The notes under the pieces were generated by a model. The model searched no databases, had not been told where the DNA came from, and was given only the letters and a program-made list of their open reading frames with translations. Of a DNA stretch of 64,000 nt, positions 33,664-44,615 are shown piece after piece (position 1 is the first letter of the stretch; each line of letters starts with the position of its first letter). Both the position numbers and the translations under genes were made by a program. The DNA comes from Utricularia gibba (lineage: Eukaryota; Plantae; Magnoliophyta), in the NCBI GenBank assembly GCA_002189035.1, contig CM007992.1, positions 3,596,001 to 3,660,000 of the forward strand, written 5' to 3'.

Positions 33664-36191
33664 ATGGCTGCTGTAGAATCCTCATCTTCATCAGTTTTTC
33701 CTCCCGGAAATTCACGTCCGCCGGAGGATACAGTTTTCTACTCCATATTCCCGGACTCTTCCGTAGATCCTGCGGCCGGTGGTGCTGCAAGTGAGGAACT
33801 ACAGTCGCTTCATCTCCGAATTCTTCGCCACATAGCTCCAATTACGGCCGCGTACATATGGCAGCATCAGCCGTTTTCTATTTCAGTAACACTGTCTCCG
33901 CTTCGCGGCCTCGCCGGACACCTCCGCTTCGGCGACAATCTCGAGGACGAATGGTTCGTCGTTTACCTTCTATTCGAGATCTCCAAAGCGTTTCCAAATG
34001 TTACGGTTCGCGTTTGGGACACAGATGGCGAGTTTCTTTTGATTGAGGCTGCTTTCCACCTTCCTAAATGGCTGAATCCCGAAACATCAGTGAATCGCGT
34101 CTTCATCCGCCATGGTCTCCTCCATATCATTCCAAAGTCGAGGTTCCCTTCGACGCCGAGCGTGGAGGATTCGTTACGCTTCCTAGGGGTGACAGATGAA
34201 TCCGAGTCTCGTGCAGCCGATGCTGTTCAGTTGCACTTGAGTCGGAGAATTTGTGAATATCCACAGCGTGCATACAGGAATGTGCATCAAGCGAGGGCTA
34301 CACTGCCATTGTCGGTAGCGTGGGTTCTAAAGCACGAGCCATTGTTTGTGTCTTTGGCTGTTGAGGGATTCTACGATAGAGATATCGATAGTATGAAGTA
34401 TGCTGCTAAAATGGAGAGATTTTTGCCCAGGGGCAAGGAAGAGGAGATGGTGGAGGTGGTTGTGAGGATGTCGAGGGCAATGTATGCGCAGCTGGTGCAA
34501 CAGAAGTTCCAGGCTCCAAGTTGTTTCCCGATGCCTGAAAGAACCAGCATGGTGAAATACATGGAGGCAGAGCTTGGCTTGAAAATAAGTTGTGGACTTG
34601 AGATGATTTATCAGCACAAAAAGAAGCAGGGCGTAGAAGGGAAAGGAAGCTCATGGGCAGCGTTCCTTGAAAGCTTGGAGAGAAGCGGCTATTTTGAGGG
34701 ATTGTTGCCAGGATCGAAAGAATACCGCAGGAGGATGGAAAATGTGGATGAATATTATCGAAATAGTTCGCTGCACTCCAGAGAAAGGTAGTTGATCTTC
34801 TTTTAATGTTTAGTTTATTGTTGAAGCATGATCGTCTGTGCTCCTATTACCGTTAAAACTTAAAATGGCTGATTTCGTAAAATTTCAGTGAAGCTTTAAA
34901 TGCACCCGTGAGACGCATAGATGAAGTTCTTGCACTTCCATATTCAGTTAATGATTTCAGCAGTACTGAGCTTCCTCCATCTGATGATGATTCGTGGCTT
35001 TATGGTGGTGGTGATGAACTAGATTCTGCTCTTGAGGAGAGGCAGAAGGAAATGGAGCTTTATGACATGAAGAAGAATAAGAACCAGTCTAGAGTTCAAG
35101 CTGACCATGTGGATGTGTCAACATCCAGCAAGGATTCTGAAAAATATAATCTTGGAGGAATTGCTGAATCGATGCAGGCATTCGTTGCAAAAGTATCAAG
35201 CTACGAAGGAGCGGAAGTTCCAGAGAACAGGTTTGTCTTTCTCTTTTTCTTATGCTGTTTCGTTGTAATTTGCTCTCCTTGTTAGGGAAAATACTTGTTC
35301 CAGATCTAGATATATAAAAATTTATGATGTCTTAGCAAACCCAATGAACCCCTATCAAGCCATTGAACTGGAAGAATATGATAATGACTAGTTGCATAAT
35401 TATGTCTTGACCAGAAGCTTGAAGGCCGTAGATTTTAAGGTGGATGAATTTATGAGAGCCATGGATGCAGCCTTTGGACTCCACCAAGGTTCTAACGAGG
35501 ATGACAGTGATGCTGATCTTGAAGATGGATTACCATCGGATCTTGACTATGGTATTCTCATACTCATGATTTTTACAGTAGCTTTGAGATCTACGGTTGT
35601 GAAGGTCTTACAATGCCTGAAAAACCACATCTTGCGGAGTAACCCTTATCTTTATCAAACCCGAGAATTATTTCCACCTGGTGCTTTCGGTGATTATTCG
35701 AAGTATGTAAGCTTTTTTAGTTAACCATCGAAACCGGATAACTATTGGACATGACATGCAGATGATTCTGGGGATGAAAGCCTGCGTTCTGAGGATATGG
35801 AAGACGCTGATGCTGGCTTCATGAGTTCCTATACTGATGCACTGAATCGGGAATTAAAGGCAACGACACTGCACAACACCTTTGCTCGCCATGAACAACG
35901 GCCATTGACGACGAATAATGAGGTAATATTTACCATAGTACGCCTTTCTTCCTCCTTCCAATGCTCAAAATCGAATCCCAAACGCAGGGAATCAACAGGA
36001 ACGATGATACGGAAGAGTTGAATCCCTTGGACGTGGACTTCAACCTTGTGAAGAACCTGCTGGATTCCTATTCCTCTCAGGAAGGCATGTCAGGCCCCGC
36101 TTCCAATCTACTGGGACTCATGGGAATCAAGCTGCCTGATAATGCCCCTACCAGCAAGTCGGATCCCTCTAGTTCCCGAGCCCAGCCTTGA
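33664..36191 (+). CDS. ECD: Ecdysoneless / SGT1-domain protein, 5 exons (33664-34787, 34889-35230, 35415-35551, 35762-35922, 35988-36191)
   Basis: FGDNLEDEWFVVYLL, DGEFLLIEAAFHLPKWLNPE..NRVFI, PPSDDDSWL, DVDFNLVKNLLDS..GPASNLLGLMG; all junctions GT-AG and in frame. Confidence 0.95.
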
Positions 36192-37474
36192 TCCGGGCCA
36201 GTTGTCTATTTGCTGATACGTGCCATTGGACCAGAAACACACCACATCACCTTGTTCAATAGAAAACAAGCTCCAGTTCGAAGTTGGGAGCTCAGATCAT
36301 TCATTTTTGCCCCAAACCAAATCGAAGGTACATGCTGTGCTGTTCATACATGTCCTGAGCATGAACTGTAGCCCCAAGTGATGATGATTGGTCGGATCTG
36401 TGGTTCGATTGGCCATATTATAACATTACCCCAGGCGAAAAATAGCATTTTGCTTTACCCCTGTGAATGTTGTGCATCTTTTTCAGATGGAAGGACCACT
36501 CTTTTGGGGCACAAACCGTGAAATAAATGTACATTTTGTAGTCTGAAGTAGTCCCTTTTGCTTCCCTGGCTGGGGGAACTTTCAACTATTACTGTTACAA
36601 CCAACACTTAAACTTCAAAAAAATCAGATCTTAAGTACTTGAAAAGGTAGTCTTATTACAGATAACGAATGATGTTGGCCCAAATGTAAGACCGACAGTG
36701 AAAACTGAAGAAAGTGGATCCGGTTTTTTGCCCCAATTTCATCCCTCATGTCCATCTATCCACCTTTTTACGCACTAAACCTCTGAACAAAAGTCACATA
36801 TCCTCTGCGGTGCAATATCATTGCCCTTTTGAACTTCATCAGCATAACCCCGGAAAAGCTTTCCTTCCTCAGTCAGCCATGGCCCCCATCTGATAATATT
36901 CTCTTCTTACATTCCACCCAATCCCTTCTTCTGAGGTCTCCCCCTTTTGTTCAACACACAAAGTACATATTCTCATACAAAACACATTTAACAAACAAGC
37001 TCATGAGTTGATGTGATAACTAAAGATCTCTCTTTCTCACACTTGCTGTACTACAGGGTAGTGTAATCTTCTCAGTGCATGGATCATGTAAGTAGAGAGA
37101 GGGAGAGTAACTATGAGCACCAACAAGGAATTATGTATGTGATCTTTGCAAGATGATTTCCCTTCTGACAGACTGTCAGTCTTCTACTATAAAAAGAGCA
37201 TGCATTGTTGTTGTTGACAATACACTCCAAGGCCAAGGTGGTGAAGAGGGATGAAAACATGAAAGAATGACAGGCAGATGAGGAGGAGTAAAAGATAAAG
37301 CCAGACCTCTTCCCTAGTTTTTGCTTCATTACAACGCCAAGATCAAAAACTCAGCTGATTCCTGGTTTCCTCTCAAGGGAAACGTGCTGATCAGATCACA
37401 CAGAAAGCTCAGACACTCGTCACAGGGTGCTGTAATGATATTCTTTCCTTTCTTGTTCTTGCTCGTAACATGAA

Positions 37475-38503
37475 ATGAATATTCTTGCTGATAGAATACA
37501 GGAGATGTTTTCGTCTACGAATGTTTATGGAGTGGGGAGCTGTTCGGAGATAGACAATGGAAACCTTAGCCCAAGAACAATGGCGGAAGCTAAAGCTGCG
37601 GCGGCGAGTAATAGTCACAAGGAAGCTGAGCGTCGCCGGAGAAAGCGGATCAATGGCCATATCGCTACCCTCAAATCTATCCTCCCCGATGTAATCAAGG
37701 TACTCTTCTCATCGGATGAATTTTTTCATCAAGATTCCATTTTTCGTGGCATGAAGGGTAATTAAGGCACTCTTCATATGTGATGAATATCCCATCTGGC
37801 TTTTCACAATGTAATGCCAAGATCACGTTTTTTCGCCGCACACACAAAACCCACTCGATATCATGAATGGTGATCAAGGTAAATGTTGAAATGTCATCTG
37901 GGTTTCACCAGATACTGCCAAGATTCCATTTTTCGCCAGAATACATAAAACCCATTTGATCTCATGAATGATAGAGACGCCACAGTCATAAAATGGAATA
38001 ATCCTTGATAGAGAAAAAAAAAAAAGGGCAGCACTCATTATGGTTCTTTCATTTGACAGACAGATAAAGCTTCGTTGCTAGGAGAAGCCGTCCGGCGAGT
38101 TCGGGAACTGAACAAGGCGGCGGCGGAACTAGCCCCCATGAACCATCACCACCAGCACCACGTTCTGTTCCCAAGCGAAACAGACGAGTTGAAAGTAATC
38201 CCCTGCGACGAAACGGGAATTGTAAAAGCTACAATATGCTGTGAAGATAGACCAGAGCTTGTAATGGAGTTGATAGAGGCGCTGAAGGCAGTGGAAGCGA
38301 AGGTGGTGAGGGCAGAAATGTCCACAATGGGCGGAAGGACAAAGAGTGTTCTGTGGGTTCGATTGAGTGTCGGGAAGGAAAGCGATGCGGGTTTGGCGAC
38401 ACTGAGACGAGGTCTGAAATCGGTCATGGATAAGTCCACTTTGTTGGCCGGTTCGATTCAGGGTTTGCCGGGGAGCAAAAGAAGCCGTTACTATCCAAAC
38501 TGA
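37475..38503 (+). CDS. bHLH transcription factor with ACT-like domain (bHLH131/bHLH106-like), 2 exons (37475-37699, 38060-38503)
   Basis: SHKEAERRRRKRINGHIATLKSILP|TDKASLLGEAVRRVREL; CCEDRPEL..AEMSTMGGR. The start codon is uncertain. Confidence 0.92.
37708..37970. repeat. Degenerate tandem repeat (about 100-nt period) in bHLH intron 1
   Basis: CAAGATTCCATTTTT(T)CG-type core at about 37730, 37818 and 37919; the last two copies share a further CAAAACCCA..GAT.TCATGAATG. Confidence 0.75.
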
Positions 38504-39331
38504 ATCACCCTTCAACTTATTCTCCTCTTTGGATTAGGGAACAGTTCTGTTCCTTCTTACCAGTTTCAACCGCCTGTTTCCCTCAATTGTACCTAGTAAA
38601 CTATAATGAGCTCAACGTTTTATGAAGAAAATACGAATCCTCCTAAAGTCAGAGGCACAAACAATGCCAATACGGGAAGCAAAAGTTGCTTTCAAGGCTG
38701 AGAGAACATGGAATGCGACAACAACATTGAATTTCTGAGTGTTCTCCTGCTTGCTGTCTTGCTCCAGCTCTCTGATCAATTTCTGTCATAACAGCCAGCC
38801 TGTTGTGTGTCTTATTCTGTACAACTTACATGATGACAAAAGGGAATCACACATATACCACTCAGGCATTGCACTGTGATTTCGCTCTAAACATTCATGA
38901 GGGTGAGCAACCTCACGTTATCAAAACCGATAGCTCATGAAATGGATTTCGAATACAATCCCTAATAAGCAGCAGTTCCGAAGGCATGGCTTCTCCGTCA
39001 GCGGTGTTGGTTAGGAAGTGAAGCCCACGCCACCGGAGAAGGTCGCCGGAAAGTTCGAGATGCAGAGCTCCATACCAGCCGTCGCGATTTCGTCCAATTA
39101 CTGGATTAGGGTCTAAAGTGGGCTTTCGGGGCAGCTTATTAACTTGATTAAAAGGCCCAATAAGAATTAGGCCCAATAGGAAAGAAGAGGCTGAGTAGGA
39201 TCCTACTCATGTGCCCTAATCGGTCGCCATTGATGAGCTGATTAACGGAATACAGACGAGCTATGGTGTGCTGATTCTTCCTTCGTGCCTGTTCATTTTC
39301 GTTGTCTAGTTTTCTCCTCCATTTTTTTCCG

Positions 39332-40749
39332 ATGGCATTGACCAGAGAGCAGTACCTGTACATGGCGAAGTTGGCGGAGCAAGCCGAGCGCTACGAGGAG
39401 ATGGTACAATTTATGGAGAGCCTCGTCGTCAGCGCTGCCGGTACTGAACTGTCAGTTGAGGAGAGGAATCTACTCTCTGTGGCTTACAAGAATGTGATCG
39501 GCTCGCTGCGAGCCGCCTGGCGGATAGTCAGCTCCATTGAGCAGAAGGAGGAGGAGCGCAAGAACGACGACCACGTGGCTCTTGTCAAGGATTATAGGTC
39601 GAAGGTGGAGAATGAGCTCTCGCATGTTTCTACAGGCATTTTGAAGATCTTGGTCGAGAGTTTGATTCCGTCTGCCGCTTCCAGCGAATCTAAGGTTTTC
39701 TATTTGAAAATGAAAGGGGATTATCATAGGTACATAGCGGAATTCAAGATTGGGAATGAACGGAAGGAGGCTGCTGAGGAGACTATGTTAGCTTACAAAG
39801 CTGCTCAGGTGTGTGATTACGGATCTCATTTTTGGTTGAATCAGTTTCACCTTTATTCCTCATTGTATTCCAGTAAAAATTACTCTTTTTGCTTCTAGGT
39901 TTAAGATCCTAGTGCAATCATTGCAAGATTTAAAGCACTCGCATTTGAGGGTAGATTCAGCCAAACTGATTTTGTTTACTCTTGGAATACAAGATAGCTT
40001 TTCTCTTAAATTAAATTATACTCGTTCAGGTAGTGAAATGCCTTAAACGTTGTGCCTACGAGACTTGAATGTTTAATGCATGTTAATTGCGCATTATTTT
40101 TAAAATCGTGTGGTGTTTGGTGATGCCATGTGATGAATCATTAGTTTTAGTTTGTGAATCATTATGGGAAATATTATTTAGCTTCTGTTTTTCTGTTTGA
40201 TCATTCGTTATTGTAATTTGTTGCCAACAGGATATTGCTCTTTCTGATCTTGCTCCCACATATCCTATACGGTTGGGCCTGGCACTGAACTTCTCGGTTT
40301 TCTACTATGAGATTCTAAATTCTCCAGAAAAGGCTTGCGAGATGGCCAAACAGGTATTTTTTTAAGTTACACCATGATGCTGTAATTCTTCGCCTTCATA
40401 GTCGACTGATTCGCTAGCCCCTTGGCACTGATTCGCTCTTATTGGGTATTGTTTTCATTTCTCTCTTATGATGAAGGCTTTTGAGGAAGCAATTGCGGAG
40501 TTAGACACGTTGGGTGAGGAGTCTTACAAGGACAGCACTCTGATCATGCAACTTCTGAGAGATAATCTCACTCTATGGACCTCAGATATGCAGGTACCCT
40601 GCTCTGATCCTTGTGTTCTTTCAAAAAGTTTTTTACTGGCTAATTCCTTTCAATCGGTATACCATGCACTCGCATCTGCGGAGTATACTCTATGCTACTA
40701 AACTAACATACTTTCTGCATCGTTGCAGGACCAAATAGACGAGTCATAA
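39332..40749 (+). CDS. 14-3-3 protein, non-epsilon (kappa/lambda-like), 4 exons (39332-39808, 40231-40353, 40477-40593, 40729-40749), 245 aa
   Basis: [64 protein letters not shown]; ends QDQIDES*. Confidence 0.97.
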
Positions 40750-42866
40750 GCCAGTTGCTTTGCATTTATCTTTGCTTATGCATGCCGTGGGTTGCTACTG
40801 CATTCTGTAAACTAAACACTTCGCTATGCACTCGCTGTCATCTGCTCCACAGTTTCATAGAAACAAACAGAAATCATCATCCTATTTCTCTAGGAAACCC
40901 CTGTCTGAAGTTTGTAAATGTTAAAACACATGTCATTTCTTCCTCCTCTTCATCTTGTGGTTCTGTTTGATGTGCCATCGATGCAGTGCAAGGAAGCAGC
41001 ATTGTACCCTCCCAAGATGCCCACAGCCCAGTGAGCCAGAAGAGATTTGATTGGTGCATCGAATCCCTTCTCTTCTGGAAGAGTTGATGACAGAGGGAGA
41101 GGGAATCTCATGCCCCCATTTCGCCTTCTCCTTTTCTCTCATCTTCTTCCCCTCCCTCCCTTCGGCACCCTTCACCCCATCACTGTAAAAAAACGACAAA
41201 AGTAACATAAACTGTCCTCTCATGAACATTATTACAAGTAAAAAGTATCATTCTAACAATTTCGTGTCTTATTTCAAAGAAGCTTATATTGAATTTTTAT
41301 TAATTTTGTGTAAATTTTTTTTTCAAAATAAAAAATATAAATTATAAGTATACCAGATATTTTAAGTAATTTTACATGAAATAGAATAATATAAAACAAT
41401 GAGAATTAAATGTTTTAAATTAATAATATGGAAGTTTAAAATGTATTTATATTGAATTTTTATTAATTTAGTATAAAGTCTTTTTTTTTCAAAATAGAAA
41501 AATATAAATTATAAGGATAATATTTGAGAAATAGATAATATGGAAGGGGAGAGTTTATATTGAGATATTTTTACTAGTTGAAATAGAATAATGTAAAATC
41601 CTAATATTTTAATATTCAAAATGAATAATATCATATAAATAAAATGTAAATAATTACATGGAACATCACTCAAAAAAAAATATTGAGTTGTTAAAATGGG
41701 AGAAAATATAAGATTTGGGATGAAAATTTTGATCCAAAAAAGAAATGTAAAATCCAAAAGGATTGAATGCCAAAATGGTCGATGATGAAGTGACCGCACT
41801 GCGTGCGAGACACCCATTGTAATAAAAAGCCCAGAAGGGTGGCGGTAGGTCGGAGTTAAGGACTACTAACTGGAAAGCGCAGTGGGAAAAGCACGCAGAT
41901 CTCAAGAAATACTAATACAAAATTACAAGGAAGAAGAAACAAGAAGCAGTGGGGATTAAATGACACCCAACTGGAGTAGGCGCACGGGCGGACCACTCTC
42001 GTCGTCAACCACTGTGTTGGTTTCCAGACACCCGGTGGGTGTCATCATTCTTACATACGCTTCTCCCCTTCTTTGTTTTACCCCCACCCACTAACCATTT
42101 TAATCCCCGGTAGGGAGCAACAAACATCCAGTCACTTACTGCAATTAGTTTACTGTAAAATGAAGGTATTTGATGATGCTGGATTCTGTGTTTGGTAAAT
42201 TCGATCGTGTGTTGTTTGAGATTCCAAATCGGATGTCTTGAACCCCATTGTATAGACACGTATTCAGCATTTCTCTGTATCTTGTTCGGCAGCACCCCTT
42301 GGGGGACAAAATACAAATGCAAAAGTACACGCAGCGTTCACAAGCGCTGGGTGCAAATCACATTACAAACACAAGGATACATGGAAAACTCACAGGGTGA
42401 AACAATGGAGCTCTGTTGCCTCAGAGCCACCGCTATTAGAATGACATTCAGATGCAAAGGGAATGGCATTGATTAGGGATTGACATGAGATTCATGTCTA
42501 AGATCCCTTTTAAGCTTTAAATTTCTGTCTTCTTCCTCCTCTTGTGTGGAGGATTGAGGATTTGGTGCTGGAAATTGTTTGTTTGTAATCATATTCTTTT
42601 TTTTTCTCAAGAAAGGAGAATACATAAAGTAGTGTCTTTAATAGCCTAGCGAGTAGCGACAAGTCTCATTTTCTACATAAAGCTCTTCTTCATCTTCTCC
42701 GTAGACCACTTTCTTCTCCTCTTCAGTCTCCTCCCATCACTGGGTTTTGCAGAGATGGCAGGAAATAAATGGAAATCCTGAGAATGCGCTAAATGTAACT
42801 CAAAAATCGATTCTTGATGGGAGTTTGATATTTTGACTCACATTGCTGGTTTTGGGCGTTTTTTCA

Positions 42867-44615
42867 ATGGGTGAGAAAGATGAGAGCTTTGTCTCCGTAG
42901 AAGCAGACCTGCTTTGCGATGAAGCTACAAGTCTTGGCTTCCATGATGGCGAAGTGGCGTCCGAAAATGCCCATAAAAGGAACGGGAGGACTGGAACCGG
43001 TTTCTGTAATGGCGGAGAGAAATCGGAGCAGGTGGCTGATTTGCCGTTGCTCACCGATGAGTGTTTTGGGTGGATGATTGACAGGGAGAAAGATTACTTG
43101 CCCAGAAGTGATTATCTTGAGAGATTTAGAAGCGGGGAGCTTGATATAAGTTCTAGAAGAGAGGCGCTTGATTGGATGTTGAAGGTGAAGATTCAATTTT
43201 TAACTCTGATTCATATCATTCACCTTTTTTTCTTTTCATTATGCAGCATGATTTGTGAGCCTTTTCGTTAAGTCATGATTTGATGATGGGCATTGTTTTG
43301 TGTTAGTTCACTTTCTTCTTTGAAGAACTAAAGTAAAAGTTGAAGGATAAAGATCCCTTCTTCCTAGTGATTACATTCACTAGTTTCCCTTCGTTCTTTG
43401 TTTATTTTCTGCTTCATTCTCTTGAATTCCTGCTACTGTTCTTCGAATGAAGAAAGTGGATCAAGATTTCAGATTCTCTTGACTTCACTGCTCTTTGATT
43501 ACCAGGCTTGTGTTCATTTCAAATTTGGAGACGTCTGTCTACATTCATCTGTGAATTACTTCGACCGGTTCTTCTCCGAGTATGATCTTCCAGTATGTCA
43601 TCAACAAATTCATGCTTTGTTCAGTTAAACATCTGCATTTGGTATGATGATTCATTGCTCTTTGCTGAAACTCAGGCAGGCAAAACGTGGGCTACTCAAC
43701 TGGCAGCAGTTGCATGTTTATTGCTTGCAGCCAAGATGCATGAAGTTGATGTACCCAACACACTTGATTTACAGGTAAAGTATTTACTTGGAAGCATTCA
43801 TCCTCCATTGTTTCCATCATCTGCATCCCAATTGATCTGATCTGTTCAGTTTCGTCCTTCTGCAGTACGGTGTTCTGGAACAGCCAGGGGAACCAAGATT
43901 CTTCTTGTTTGAGCCAAGAACTGTTAAGAGAATGGAGATGCTGCTGCTTAACATCTTGAAGTGGAACATCAACCCTTGCACCCCATTAAGTTTTGTTGAG
44001 TATTTCCTCCAAAAGATGAACCACAGCCAGCTTCGAATCCAGCAACTGATCGCACGATCACTACAAATAATTGCGAGAACAGTCAAAGGTAGCATGCCTC
44101 ATTATGTAAAAAAACAGGGATACGAATTAAAGCTTGGTTCTTGACCGAATGCAGAGACCGATTTCTTGGAGTGCAGACCATCTGAAATAGCAGCAGCTGT
44201 CACCAGTTACGTCTTAGGAGAAATTCAAGACTCCCCTGAAGCAACAGCAAATTTTTGGTCCATTGTAACAGAGAAGGTAGTATTTGACCCCCACCCCCCC
44301 CCCCCCCCCCCCCCCCCCCCAATAAAAAAAAAAGCAAACTGATCTGATAAACTTGATCATTGTATTTTGCAGGGAAGAGTAATGAAGTGCCTACAGCTTA
44401 TTCAAGATTTGACACCAAGAAGTTGCACCACAAGTGCCTTTGCTCCTGCTGCATTCTCCTCGCTTACGAACAGCCCTAACGGCGTCCTGGAAACTGCATT
44501 TTGGAGCGACGAGCCTGTAGCATCGGGATCATGGAGAAGTTCTTCAGACGGTACTCCTGATGCTAAAAGGAGGAAACTGGATCACCCCAGAACAAGTTCA
44601 GGAGGCGATTCATGA
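42867..44615 (+). CDS. CYCD: D-type cyclin (CYCD2/D4 group), 6 exons (42867-43184, 43506-43592, 43676-43774, 43884-44088, 44155-44276, 44373-44615)
   Basis: LxCxE motif (LLCDE); RREALDWMLK, VNYFDRF, QLAAVACLLLAAK, FEPRTVKRME, RPSEIAAAV; canonical 87- and 99-nt exons. Confidence 0.95.
44288..44320. repeat. Poly-C tract in cyclin intron 5
   Basis: C5-A-C27, direct read. Confidence 0.95.

Noticed and set aside
36543-36580. miR395-like words CTGAAGT...TGGGGGAACT
   Set aside because: The two halves are separated by about 20 extra nt and no precursor hairpin is evident.
37780-37786. C-box GTGATGA in the bHLH intron (intronic snoRNA)
   Set aside because: No downstream D box (CTGA) or terminal stem.
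41078-41150. miR156-like TGACAGAGGGAGAG with a loosely pairing pyrimidine tract
   Set aside because: Too many mismatches to miR156/157; the pairing is low-complexity purine/pyrimidine only.
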